Assembly (NCBI RefSeq): GCF_009914755.1
Contig: NC_060934.1
Origin: the human T2T-CHM13v2.0 reference genome, Homo sapiens
DNA length: 64,000 nucleotides
Reading direction: 5' to 3' (one strand)
Shown here: positions 28,711 to 44,408 of the stretch, piece by piece
How positions within the stretch are numbered: the stretch's first letter is position 1
Layout: each line of letters starts with the position of its first letter
Made by a program: the position numbers and the translations under genes
The notes under the pieces: generated by a model
Told to the model about the DNA's origin: nothing
What the model saw: only the letters and a program-made list of their open reading frames with translations
The model's database searches: none

Positions 28711-29138
28711 AGTAAAAGTTTGCTGAGACTTGGTCTTTTTGTCCAGAGTACTTTTTCTTCAATTTTCACATCTAGTAGTTTTATTAAGCTATGTTTTGGA
28801 GAAAACTGTTGCTGAACATTTTTCCCAGGTTCATGATGGTTCCTTTGAATATGTGGATCAGGTCTTTTATTTTTGGACAGTTTTCTTAGATTATACTTTT
28901 TAATATTAGATTTATTCTGTTGTTTTTTCTTCTTTAAGGACTGCAATAACATATATACTATATTATAATTTTATTTATTTATTTAATTGTAGACCATCTT
29001 TATCCAGAACTTTCTTTCTGATCCAATTTTCTTTTTTCTTACTCTTTTAAAATTATTGCTTCTTCTTTTTCTTGTTTCATTCTCCTTTGCAATGCTGTTT
29101 ATTCAAGTTTCAGTCAAGTGTAGTTTCCCCTTTGGCTC

Positions 29139-29562
29139 TGTATTAGTTGACTCAGGCTGCTGTAACAAAATTCAACAGACTGGGTAGCTTAAATAAATTT
29201 TCTCACAATTGTGGAGGCTGGAAGTCTAAAGTCAAGGTGCCAGCAGGGTTGGTTTCTGGTTAGGTCTCACTCCTTGGCTTGCAGATGGCATTTTCTTCTG
29301 GTGTCCTCACACAGCCTTTTCTCTGTGCATATGACCAGTGGTTGGGGGTGGTGGGTTGGGGGAGAAAGAGAGCTCATGCATGTGCTTTCCAGTATCCTCT
29401 TCTTCTTATAAGGACACCAATGCCATTGTATTTGTGTCTTACCCTTATGACCTCATTTAACCTTAGTTAATCTCCTTAAAGTCCCCATCTTCAAATACAG
29501 TCACACTGGAGGTTGGGGTTTTAACATACACATTTTTGGGGGGCACAGTTTAGTCCATAACA
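29139..29562 (-). mobile_element. MLT1A-type solo LTR
   Basis: tgtattagtt...gctgctgtaacaaa...gtccataaca. Confidence 0.8.
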
Positions 29563-30356
29563 GATTCCTTAATAAGGAATGTCTTTAATAAGTCTTAATA
29601 AGACTTGAATTACAAGTCTTATTTTCTGTGATTACTCTGCCCTCTTTACAACTTCATTCCTGAGTTTGATTACCCTTTGCCTCTTTAGTTTGCATACAGT
29701 CCAAGTCTCTTCTCTTGGATTTCCCACTAACCTGAGCTTTAATCTACGTGAACTCAGACATCTTCTGAGTATTTTCCCACTCATAGTGAAACTTTCCCTT
29801 TCTGGGAGTAGTTTTGTGTTTCATCCTCTCTGGGCTGTGTGTCTCCTCTATTCCATGTAATCACCACAGTCTCTGGCTGACTCTCTTTGTAGGCATGGGC
29901 TGTCACTTTTTTCTGTATTTGAGTATCTGTTGCTTAGTGGTGATTTGAAATTAGTAATATTCTCCATCTCCTAGTTATGTTAAAGTCATGGATTGTTTAG
30001 ATAGTGTTATTTGCTCCACTTATGGTGACCTTTATAATTCTTGGGAGGATGCATGGGGAAACGCAGATGTAAGCAGCTGCTATTATTCTTCTTACACTAG
30101 AAACCAAATGTGTGCCTTCAATAGTTAAATTCCTCTCTGTTTTTCCACTAGCCTAGGACTTTTGTTTCTGGTTTTTGTTTTTGTTTTTTGACCCCAAACC
30201 CATGAAATACAAAAAATATGCACTTGCAATTATGTTCATCTCTGGAAACTGGCCAAAAAACCAGTCAGCTGCAACATGGGGCATTTGTTTAGCGATTTCA
30301 TTCCCTAAGAAATGTTTTGGTATTTATGTGGTAAGATTAATTTTGCTTGTTTCTAG

Positions 30357-32542
30357 AAGTCTGGACAGCTGATCACCTGAAAGAGAGGAGCCAAGAAAAC
30401 CAATCTAAACATTTGTGGGAAGTTGTATTCATCAATAATGAAATGCTGACTAAGGAACAAGGTGATGTAATAGGAATACCATTTAATGTGGATGTAAGTT
30501 CTTTTCCTTCCAGAAAAATGTTCTGTCAGTGTGATTCATGTGGAATGAGTTTCAACACTGTTTCAGAATTGGTTATCAGTAAGATAAACTATTTAGGAAA
30601 AAAGTCTGATGAATTTAATGCCTGTGGGAAATTGTTACTCAATATTAAGCATGATGAAACTCATACTCAAGAGAAAAATGAAGTTTTGAAAAATAGGAAC
30701 ACACTGAGTCATCATGAGGAGACTTTGCAGCATGAGAAGATTCAAACTTTAGAGCACAATTTTGAATACAGTATATGTCAGGAAACCCTCCTTGAAAAGG
30801 CAGTATTCAATACACAGAAGAGAGAGAACGCAGAAGAGAATAACTGTGATTATAATGAATTTGGGAGAACTTTGTGTGATAGTTCATCCCTCTTGTTCCA
30901 TCAGATATCTCCGTCAAGGGACAATCACTATGAATTTAGTGATTGTGAGAAGTTCTTATGTGTGAAGTCCACCCTTTCTAAACCTCATGGGGTATCTATG
31001 AAACACTATGATTGTGGTGAAAGTGGGAATAATTTCAGGAGGAAATTGTGTCTGTCACACCTTCAGAAAGGTGATAAAGGAGAGAAACACTTTGAATGTA
31101 ATGAATGTGGGAAAGCTTTCTGGGAGAAGTCACATCTCACTCGACATCAGAGGGTGCACACAGGACAGAAACCCTTTCAATGTAATGAATGTGAAAAAGC
31201 TTTCTGGGATAAGTCAAACCTCACTAAACATCAAAGATCACACACAGGGGAGAAACCTTTTGAATGCAATGAATGTGGGAAAGCCTTTAGCCATAAGTCA
31301 GCCCTCACATTACACCAGAGAACACATACAGGGGAGAAACCCTATCAATGTAATGCGTGTGGGAAAACTTTTTGCCAGAAATCTGACCTCACTAAACATC
31401 AGAGAACACACACAGGGCTGAAACCCTATGAATGTTATGAATGTGGAAAATCCTTCCGTGTGACTTCGCACCTTAAAGTACACCAGAGAACTCACACAGG
31501 TGAGAAACCTTTTGAATGTCTTGAGTGTGGGAAATCCTTTAGTGAAAAGTCAAATCTTACACAGCATCAGAGAATTCACATAGGAGATAAATCTTATGAA
31601 TGTAATGCATGTGGGAAAACTTTCTACCACAAGTCATTACTCACCAGGCATCAGATAATTCATACAGGGTGGAAACCTTATGAATGTTATGAATGTGGGA
31701 AAACCTTCTGCTTGAAGTCAGACCTCACAGTACATCAGAGAACACACACAGGGCAGAAACCCTTTGCATGTCCCGAATGTGGGAAATTCTTTAGCCATAA
31801 GTCAACCCTCTCTCAACATTATAGAACACACACAGGGGAGAAACCCTACGAATGTCATGAATGTGGAAAAATCTTTTACAATAAATCATACCTAACTAAA
31901 CATAATAGAACACATACAGGGGAGAAACCCTATGAATGTAATGAATGTGGAAAAGCCTTCTACCAGAAGTCACAACTCACTCAGCATCAGAGAATTCACA
32001 TAGGGGAGAAACCCTATAAATGTAATGAGTGTGGAAAAGCTTTCTGCCATAAGTCAGCTCTAATTGTACATCAGAGAACCCATACACAAGAAAAGCCCTA
32101 TAAATGTAATGAATGTGGAAAATCTTTCTGTGTAAAATCAGGACTTATTTTCCATGAGAGAAAGCACACGGGGGAGAAACCCTATGAATGCAATGAATGT
32201 GGGAAATTCTTCAGGCACAAATCATCACTCACAGTACATCACAGGGCTCACACAGGAGAGAAATCTTGTCAATGTAATGAATGTGGAAAAATCTTTTACC
32301 GTAAATCGGAACTTGCTCAACATCAGAGATCACATACAGGGGAAAAGCCCTATGAATGTAACACATGCAGGAAAACTTTCTCTCAAAAGTCAAATCTCAT
32401 TGTACATCAGAGAAGACATATAGGAGAAAACCTTATGAATGAAATGGATATTAGAAATTTCCAGCCACAAGTCAGCCTCCATAATGCCTCAGAGTATTCA
32501 CACTGTGGAGAAAGCCCTGATGACATCCTGAATGTTCAGTAA
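30357..32542 (+). CDS. ZNF33A: Terminal coding exon of a KRAB zinc-finger gene: spacer with degenerate fingers, 16 C2H2 fingers and a short tail
   Basis: 731-codon ORF with 16 C-x2-C-x12-H-x3-H fingers and TGEKP-type linkers. The real start is the acceptor ttttgcttgtttctag|AA (phase 1, 30357), not the TTG of the ORF track. [21 protein letters not shown]...[11 protein letters not shown] matches recalled ZNF33A. KRAB exons lie upstream of the window. Confidence 0.93.
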
Positions 32543-32799
32543 CTATCCACAAACTCACCTTATGTTACTCCAAAGTAATAGTAGGGGATAAACCCATAGA
32601 CTACAACAATTATAGGACAGCTTTTGTTAGGAAGTGATATTCTATGTAATATCAGATGGTTAATACGGGCATAACACCTTACAGATTTTTTTTGAATTTG
32701 TGAAAGTTTTTGGCAAAAATGCAAATAAGGTTATGTTAGAATTTACACTGAGGAGAAAATTGTCAATTTAAGAAATCTAAAGTGAAAATTTTGCTTAGA

Positions 32800-32805
32800 A
32801 ATAAA
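32800..32805 (+). terminator. Candidate proximal polyadenylation signal (AATAAA) of the ZNF gene
   Basis: AATAAA about 260 nt after the stop, followed by GT-rich tgtttttgagttt. Confidence 0.45.
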
Positions 32806-34054
32806 ATACGACAAGTTATGTTTTGAGTTTGATGCCATAATAGTTTTTAGGGCACCTAACAATAATTTATAGATGTATATTGTGGAATGTAAAGCTTTAA
32901 GAACTTAAACAAAGGTAATAATTAAAATAACCTCACAAGAAGTTTAATGAGTAGAGAGAATTCCCATGTACACTTCACCAAACTTCCTCTAAGGATAATG
33001 TATAATCATAGTATATGGTCAAGTCCAAGAAATCGATGTTACCTTGCTGGTAGATAGAGACTTAGTCAGATTTTACTATGGTTTGCATGCACTCTGTGTG
33101 TGTGTGTACGTGTATGTGTGTGTGTGTGGTTATATCAAACTTTTACGACTTTTACATTTGAGTAACCATCAACACGATTAGTTTACAGAACTGAAAAGGA
33201 ATCTGAGATCTGTACTGTATCAGGATTACAAAGGATTTAGCCTCAAGTAGTTCCCTTTTTGTATTAATAACCACACGCTTTCTGCAACCCTATCCCTTGC
33301 ATCCACTTGACTATGAAGTTTTTTTAAAGCACAGATAAATTGAATAATCAGGGCAATAGCATTAAGCACATCTGCGAATTATCCCTGAAGTTCAAAAGAC
33401 TTATATATGTATAAGTGGTATGTGATATAAATCGTGTGTTTCATATGCATAATGGAATTTAACGTAATTGTGAATAGGAAGTAGGTATCCTAGTTTAGTA
33501 GTGGTTACATTATCAGGCCCATCCCAGATGTTTGTGATGTCCTGAAACAATTTAAAAGGAGACCCACAGAGCTAATGTTTATCCATTTAAAAGGTATAAA
33601 TCAAAATAACAAATTATCTAAAAAAAATCTATCCTGTACATGTGAAGATCTAGGCTCGCCTCCATGTTACTCCCTTTCTCTTCCTACCTGTGGCTCATGC
33701 CATGCCATGAAGTGCCTAGGGTACATATGTGAACATTCCAGCCTTCAGCATAAGTGGTAGTCCAAATTTTCTTTAAGCAGCTGCTCTCCAAGACAGGGCC
33801 CTGGAAAGGCCCACACATACAGCCCAGGGCTGCCCAGGGCTGTTGGACTGTCATTTCAAGGCTCATTGTCCCCAGACAGGGATCTGGGCCCTCAGACTTT
33901 TGAGAATATGAAGAGGAGGGTTGAGGCTGGAGCAGAACCAGAATCAAGCTGGTGTGGGGCTTTTATTGATAGTGTGAAGATTGTACACTATATTACATGA
34001 TCAGATCATACAAATAATCTAAGATTATACAGTCTAGTGATCCTAGATTACACA

Positions 34055-36025
34055 AGTAATCTAAGCTTCCACTTTAGGAAACTAGAAAAAGAAGAGCAAA
34101 TTAAATCCAAAGTAACCTGAAAAAACATTAGAGTAAAAATCATTGAAATTGAAAAGAGAAAATCGATAAAACCCAAAACTGGTTCCTTGAAAAGGTCAGT
34201 AAAATTGATAAACCTCTAGCTAGCTTAAGAACAAACAGAAGACAAATATTGCTAATACCAAAAATGAAAGAGGCCATCACAGCTAATCCTATGGTCACCA
34301 AAAGGATTAGAAAGAAACATGGACAACTCTGTCCATAAATTTGATAACTTAGCTAAAATGGACCAATTCCTTGCAAGACGCATTCTCTCAAAGCTCACAC
34401 AAGATAGACCTCAATAGGCATATGTATCTATTAAATAAACCAAAGCAGTAATTAATAACCTTCCAAGGCCAGGTACAGTGGTTCATGCCTGTAATCCCAG
34501 CACTTCACTTTGGGAGGCTGAGGCGGGTGGATCACAAGGTCAGGAGTTCGAGACCAGCCTGGTCAACATGGTGAAACCCCCTATCTACTAAAAATACAAA
34601 AAATTAGCTGGGCATGGTGGCATGCGTGTGTAGTCGAAGCTACTCAGGAGGCTGAGGCAGAAGAATCACTTGAACCTGGGAGGTGGATGTTGCAGTGAGC
34701 TGAGATTGTGCCACTGTACTGCAGCCTGGGTGACAGAATGAGACTGCATCTCAAAAAATAATAATGAAACTTTCCAAAACAAAGTGCCAGGACCAGCTGG
34801 GTTCACTGATGTGTTTTTGAGATACTTAAGGTAGAAATGATACCAAGTCTCTACCATCTCTTTCAGAAAATAAAAGCAGAGATAACACTTCCCAACTCAT
34901 TTTGTGAGGCCAGTATTACCCTAATAGCAAAACCAGGCAAAGATATTACAAGAAAGGAAAACTACAGATCAATATTTCCATTGAACACAGATGCAGAAAT
35001 CCTCAAAATATTAGCAAATCAGGAATGCAAGGCTTGTTCAACATTTGATATTCAGTGTAATCCATTGCATGCATTAGCAGCTCAAAGATGAAATACGATC
35101 ATATCAATAGGTACAGAAAAAGCATTTGACAAAATCCAATATCCATTCATGTTAAAACCTCTCAACACAGAAGGAATACAGGAGAACTTACTCAAGTTGG
35201 TAAAGAACATACTACAAAAAACCCTACAGCTAACATTATCCTTGATGTTTCCAACTAGACACTTTCCTACTAAGATCAGGAACATGGCAAGGAACACCAC
35301 ACCACTGCTTTTCAGCATTGTACTGGAAGTGCTATATAATGCAGTGTTAAAAAAAAAAGAAATAAAATGCACATAGATTTGAAAGGATGAAATACAACTT
35401 TGTTCACAAGTAACATGATTGTCTTTGTAGAGAATTCTAAATAACAAAAACCCTGCTGACATTAATAAGCAATTACAGCAGGATTGCAGGATACAGTCCT
35501 CAGGTAGATGATAAAAAGGAATTGGACATCAAGTCATTAAAAGACACGGAGAAACCCTAAATGCTTATTGTTAAGTGAAAACCAATCTGAAAAGGCTTTC
35601 TATTTTGTATGATTGCAATTATATGACATTTTGGGAGAGGCAAAACTATTGAGCCAGTGAAAGGACCAGTGGTTGCTGAGAGTTGAGGGGAAAGGAGGGA
35701 TGGCAGGTAGAGAGGTGATTTTTAAGGCAGTGAAAGTACTCTCTAGGGTACTGTAATTTGTCAAAACGCAGAGAATGGAAAACAGTGAACGGAAAACACA
35801 GAGTAAACCCTAATGTCAACTCTGGACTTCAGTTAATAATAATGTATCACTGTTGGCTCATTAATTGTAACAAATGAACCATAATGATGCAAGATGTTAA
35901 TGATTGGGGAGCCTGTGGAAGATGGGAGGGGAAAGGGTTATATGAGAATTCTCTATACTTTTTGCTCAACTTTCTGTAACCCTAAAGCTACTCTAAAAAA
36001 TGAAGTGTATCAAGTAAATAAATAA
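34055..36025 (+). mobile_element. L1 ORF2/3' fragments with Alu (~34466-34765) downstream of the ZNF stop
   Basis: [29 protein letters not shown] (34837-35091) is L1 RT-like. Confidence 0.8.
36017..36022 (+). terminator. Candidate distal polyadenylation signal at the 3' end of an old L1
   Basis: AATAAA at the L1 3' terminus, followed by a GT-rich tract at 36069-36092. Confidence 0.4.
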
Positions 36026-36172
36026 CCAACCAACCAACCCTGAGGAACATCTTGTTTCTGTACTAAGGTGTTCTTTTGTTAGTTGTATGTTTCTGACTGA
36101 ACATGTAAATCATCATTAGTGAACAATTGAATTGCTTTTGTACATCCTTAATATATTTTAAATTATGGTAAC

Positions 36173-36662
36173 TGTGACCTGAAATTAAGGACTAGTATTT
36201 TTGGTTCTCTTGACATCTGAAGCCAATAGGGCCTCAAATGACCTAACCTCATTTCCATCCCCACTCTGCTTCCACAGGTGAGGTAACTTAGCAGACAGTC
36301 CTCCTTGTCAGGGGGGCCAGGCACAATTCCTGCTTATTCCTAAGTAGTAAGATTTGCTTCCCTGCCAGCTCTTGGAATTATCACCAAACCCCTCACATCC
36401 TCCCACAGCAAACAGTGGTCACTGTACTCTGGATAATACAGCTGCTCGCCACAACCCCTCCTTTTCCACTCTGCTCCCTAGTCGAACCCTGTGTGGCTCT
36501 TCCCAGCATGTGGTGTCCTTCTCACCTTTCTGAGAGTTGGTGTGACTGACAAACTCACCTAGATCTTATCTGTCCAGTGTCAGGCGTTCAGTGTTCAACC
36601 TTTCTATAGCATTGGGGTGGGGATCCTTCCTTCACCATCAGGGTGAAAAGGAAGCAGTTACA
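36173..36662. mobile_element. Probable ERVL-type solo LTR (family uncertain)
   Basis: TGTGACC...GTTACA bounded ~490-bp block with LTR-like composition. Confidence 0.45.
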
Positions 36663-37596
36663 ACCATTGGCATAAACAGGATGGCCCATCCGAAGCCAGG
36701 GTCATCCAGTCCAATTTTAACTAACTGCTCTTAGCTAACTGACAGGTTCCATATTATGGCAAAGGCTTCTTGGACAGAACCACCAGTTGCTGGCAGGTTT
36801 GCACTTGGCCTGTGCTGTAATGCACTTTTCTTGGGGGAGGTGAGTGTCGCATCTCTTCCCATTCTAAAATGCTGTTGTGCACAGGACAAGAGTGCTCACC
36901 CATTGGCTGTATCCCTTCATGACTTGACTTGGGCTCAGCCTGTTTGGCAGGTGGTCTCTGAGGCTCCCACCTGTACAGGTAGTGACCACACTGTACAGCA
37001 CTTGACAGTCACTGTACAGTGACGAACTGATCAGCATTTGAGCCCCACTTTCCAAAGGTCTGGCTGGAGCTCTCTGATTATCATCACTGGCTGCATGGAA
37101 CATCCCTACAGACTATTGTTTGTTACTGCACACCCCTGGCTTGGGCATGCAGATGGCCTATTGTGAGGTTTGTGGAAAGGCAGGAGACAACTGAGGGAGG
37201 TGAGTGTGGCACTCCAGTTGCCTAACAAGGCATTCAGGAAGGGTAGTACCTGCATCCCTTTCCTGTGCTGCTCCTTCACTTGCTGCCACCACACATGCTT
37301 TCCTGACCCCTAAGAGTGTCAAGATGCACATGCATGGTGGCCCATGGTCCAGGTGCTGATGAGAAGAGAAAAGGATACCAGTTCTCCCCAGATTACCAGA
37401 GGAAGTAATCTCTGTAACTCTCCTGCCCTCCCAATGCAAAACCCCTTGCCAGTGTGCCTGAGCGTGGCCTGGCATTGCTGCTTGCCAACATGCCACAGGG
37501 TCAACCTTGCAATCATGGGGCCTGATGGCCTACACCTGGGCCACAGACTACATGACCTTACCTTGAACATAGGGAGAGTGACTGTGACATCCAATA

Positions 37597-38336
<740 letters not shown>

Positions 38337-38597
38337 AAATGTCTCTTGGAAATTTGGCATTTGGCCATGCTACACTCTCATCTCTGCACATGAGGAATAT
38401 GTTGGGACACTATTGAAAAAAATCAAACTCAACACCTAACGGCATGGTCCCAATGCTGCGTAAGACATTTGTCAGATTATTTTCAGGGGAAACTGTGAGA
38501 CTATTATGAGTGCGTGTGTATGGGCATGCAGCCTCTGTGTATGTGAGGTGAGGTTGGGAGAGAGATTTGTAATACCCCAGTTAATAGAATCAATCTG

Positions 38598-39158
<561 letters not shown>

Positions 39159-39914
39159 CTAGAGCAAGGCATTCTGACTGGTCCCACAGGTTCACATGGA
39201 AAGGAGATAGCACAAATGAATGAAGGAACTGTGGGAAAGACAGATATCTTAATAAATCACATTTCCTTTTTAAGGATATTTTTAAGGCACCGGTGGAAGC
39301 AGACATAGCTTGGTAATCTGTGGTGTATTCTCGGAAGGTACCACTTGAATGGGAAAGAGGAGACAGACAAAGACAACCAAGAGGCTTGAACTTGACAAAA
39401 ATTATTTATAACAAAATGGGCAGCTTTGTGCATAGAGGTGCATGTAAATATATACAAAATGCTAATAGTATCAGAAGATGAACATCCTGCTTTGTTCAGT
39501 GATTTCATGGAGTTGTTTTGCATTTCCTTGTCATGTTCTCTGTCTACATGTTTAAAGGGAGGATTACATGTGAACACTATCCGGTATTATGCATCTAAGC
39601 TTGTGTTACCAATCATTGGTAGATAGATAGTGAGGTAACTTCTAGTTCCCATCTCCTCTGGTAAGAGCTAAGATGCAAACTCTTTGTGATGAACTGACAT
39701 CAAGATGAAATATAGCACCCCTGTTTTCTCTGCGTCAGTCTGCCTTCAGGCTCACCCTGTGAACTCACCAAAGGGAGTGAAGTGTGGATGTGTCTCTTTT
39801 ACCTATTTTCACCTTGGTTCAGTTCTGGTTTATGCATTGTCCAGACTACCCAGGATGTGACGATTGCAGGGAGGAGGTCATGTTTGTCATAAAAATGCTT
39901 TGGCTCCTTAGGAT

Positions 39915-39967
39915 TCAGCAAAGGTATCCACTGCCTGGTGTCTGTGGTGCCTGCAGGACAGTGCATT
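39915..39967 (-). other. Candidate next exon of the DUX-like gene (stops after 17 codons, no second homeodomain)
   Basis: Strong acceptor cttttcttcctgttttcctacag|AA; phase 1 gives ECTVLQAPQTPGSGYLC*. Confidence 0.35.
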
Positions 39968-40344
39968 CTGTAGGAAAACAGGAAGAAAAGAGGGCTTTCA
40001 GGCCATCTTCACATCAACCCTACGACAGACATTTTCAAATATTGTTCTCACCATCCTTACTCCCTCCCAGGCCCCTGAGATGCTCATGCCCTTGGATTAA
40101 ACCCCTGCAGTGCTGGAAGAAGAGGACTCTGCACTGCCTGCCACACCAGGACTGGAAGATCCATGGCCTTCCCTTCTTCCAAACTACCTTCCCACAAGAT
40201 GGGGATGGTGGTCACATCTCCAACACTAGCATGCTGTGGAAGAGACATCAGCATTCTTGCAACAAATCTGGAAACAGCCTAAAGAGACATTTCTACTTCA
40301 AAGAGTTGCACTGAGGAAGTGCACTGGCACTGCTGGGGACTCAC

Positions 40345-40456
40345 CTGGGGCCCAGGGCTGAGGCTTCTCGTGTCCTTGGAGCTGCTGTCCTCCCGAGGAG
40401 TGTCCACACTGCAGCCAGCTCAGCCTCAGGTGTCTTCTCTGGTTTTGAAACCAAAT
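40345..40456 (-). pseudogene. DUX-family homeobox exon, recognition helix plus linker
   Basis: Acceptor cttttcccacttag|ATT; 112 nt encoding IWFQNQRRHLRLSWLQCGHSSGGQQLQGHEKPQPWAP; donor CCAG|gtgagt; in frame with the 43326-43477 exon. Confidence 0.85.
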
Positions 40457-40996
40457 CTAAGTGGGAAAAGAAGATTCAAGTTTTATCCGATTTAGTCTAC
40501 ATAATTTTAAGTATCTATTTGAGCTCAATACCAAGAATCACTTCCTTCTCTCTCCCATCTGTGATCTCCAGAGGAAAGGTCCCCGGGCTAGGAGACACTG
40601 GCTGGCATCCTAAAGCCAGAGCTGGCCAAAGGGTGTGTGTCCACTCTTCCTTCACCTCTTCCCCACCCCACACTTGTTTTTGTCTCACGCTCACTTGCTC
40701 TTTCTGCCTCCCTCTCACTCTTTAGGTCTCACAAAGGCTTTGGCCAAAGACTGACTGACTTTCCTTGGCTCTCTGTCATCTCCCCATAGTCAAAAGCATT
40801 TCATAACACACAATCCATGTGAAGGGACCTCTGATGAAAATCCATTTAAAGAGGAGCTCACTAATTATCAATACTTACTGCTGAGCCTGGAATCATTCAT
40901 ATATACCTCAGAGTTCATTCATTCCAGATGCAATACTAGATAAGGAGACTCCTATGAACCAAATATCTAACTCTGAATAGATAGTGACTGTCATAA

Positions 40997-42930
<1,934 letters not shown>

Positions 42931-43325
42931 AAAGAAACAAAAACCATGTGATGAGAAACGGGACTTTATGGCAGCACTGACCTCACTGTCCTCAATATGA
43001 CCTATTAAAGAACAAGCATTCTGAGCATTCTGTAATATTGGTTCCAGGTATCAATTACAACCTATCATGATCATGGTGACCCTATTACCTATATTCTCTA
43101 GAGCATGCAAATATGATTTAATTTTCTCCTACCAGGAAAAAGGCCCAATTTCACTTCCTTCCCCCATCAATGAATACACCAGACCACATGTTCCATGATT
43201 GGTAAAAGGCAGAGATAGGGGTCTTACTTTCAGTTCATTCTTAACATGGTGTAATTGGAGACTGCTTAGCCCAGCTTGTCTTTTTTCTTTGACCCCAAGG
43301 AAATGAAACAAAAATACAAGCCCAC

Positions 43326-43477
43326 CTGTATCCTAGACTCCAGACTGCTGATTTCTTTGGCCAGTTGTTCTCTGGTTGGTATGCCAGAGTAGGAGTTCTG
43401 CTTAAACAATGCTTGAAGGGCATCCTTTTGACTCGAGTTCAAGACAATTCTTTGTTGAGATTCTCTTGGGAGACAGC
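43326..43477 (-). pseudogene. DUX-family (PRD-class) homeobox exon, helices 1-2 and start of helix 3 (DUXB/DUXBL/DUXC-like)
   Basis: Acceptor tttctctaaaccag|GC; 152 nt encoding (G)CLPRESQQRIVLNSSQKDALQALFKQNSYSGIPTREQLAKEISSLESRIQ; donor CAG|gtgggc at the PRD-class intron position before WFQN. Confidence 0.85.
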
Positions 43478-44369
43478 CTGGTTTAGAGAAATGGGTCAAA
43501 GCCATAGGAAGGATTTGTTGTGGATTCACATCTGTGATTCAGTGTATACAGGCCTTCTGTTGATACCGGGTTCAAGGTGTTGAGTCCCAGTGGTCACTCT
43601 GTGTTTGTACTTTTTGGATACACACTCCATGATTAACTGGGTGCAGGGCATTACACAGATTAGAAAGGGTGATAGCCTTCATCCAGAGATCCACACCAAA
43701 AAGTGAATCTCATGCCATTCATAACATTGCACACAAACAACTCAGAAACCAGTTGAAAAGGGAGACATTGAACGAAACATTCAGTTTCAAAATGTGAAAA
43801 TCAAATTTGGACTTTCTGGGTTAAACACATATAGGGCAAGGGTTGAAAGACTACCTGTTGCGCTCTATGCTCTCTACATGAATAACAGAATCAATCGTTC
43901 CCCAAACCTCAGCATCACACAGTATACCCATGTAACAAAACTGCACATGTACCCCCTGAATCTAAGATAAAAATAGAAATTATTTTTAAAATTGTCAAAA
44001 AAAAATTAAAGATGTTATCTTCAAAGGGTGGTCATTAGGATGAACCTTGATGTGGTCGGAGGGAGGCATGTAGCTGAGTCCCAGTGTTTATATCTGGAGA
44101 GGAGAGTGAATGGCCTTGCATCCCCCATGCAGGGACAATGACCAGCAGGGTGTCAAGATCTGTTGTAATATTTGCACCATTACTGAAGATCTGTGTAGCA
44201 AACTGGTTCCCAGGGAACTCTTGGCAGGAATCAGAATGCATCTATGTCACTCCTTGTAAAATTAAAAAGGAAACAACAGGAACAACAAAAAACCCGGCAA
44301 CATTTCCTAGTATTTATGATGCCAGACATTTTCTGAGAGCTGTGTGGCAGCCTTCTTAGTGGAGAACAC

Positions 44370-44408
44370 AGTTTTTGTCCCACATCTCCATTCATCTGGG
44401 TCACTGTG
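44370..44408 (-). promoter_or_regulatory. V(D)J recombination signal sequence, 23-RSS
   Basis: Minus strand: heptamer CACAGTG (44408-44402), exactly 23-nt spacer (44401-44379), nonamer ACAAAAACT (44378-44370; 8/9 match to ACAAAAACC). Confidence 0.93.

Noticed and set aside
30347-30356. ORF-track start MFL of the 731-aa ORF
   Set aside because: It is a TTG inside the intronic polypyrimidine tract; the exon begins at 30357.
31008-32423. Overlapping alternative-frame ORFs (MNVGK/HTQGRN repeats)
   Set aside because: Off-frame reading of the zinc-finger repeats.
39784-40314. 176-aa plus-strand ORF
   Set aside because: Non-ATG start and no recognisable domain; probably a chance ORF.
43266-43529. 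87-aa ORF as a standalone intronless homeobox gene
   Set aside because: Homeodomain similarity stops exactly at the GT donor (43325); the flanks are intronic and WFQN lies in a separate exon.
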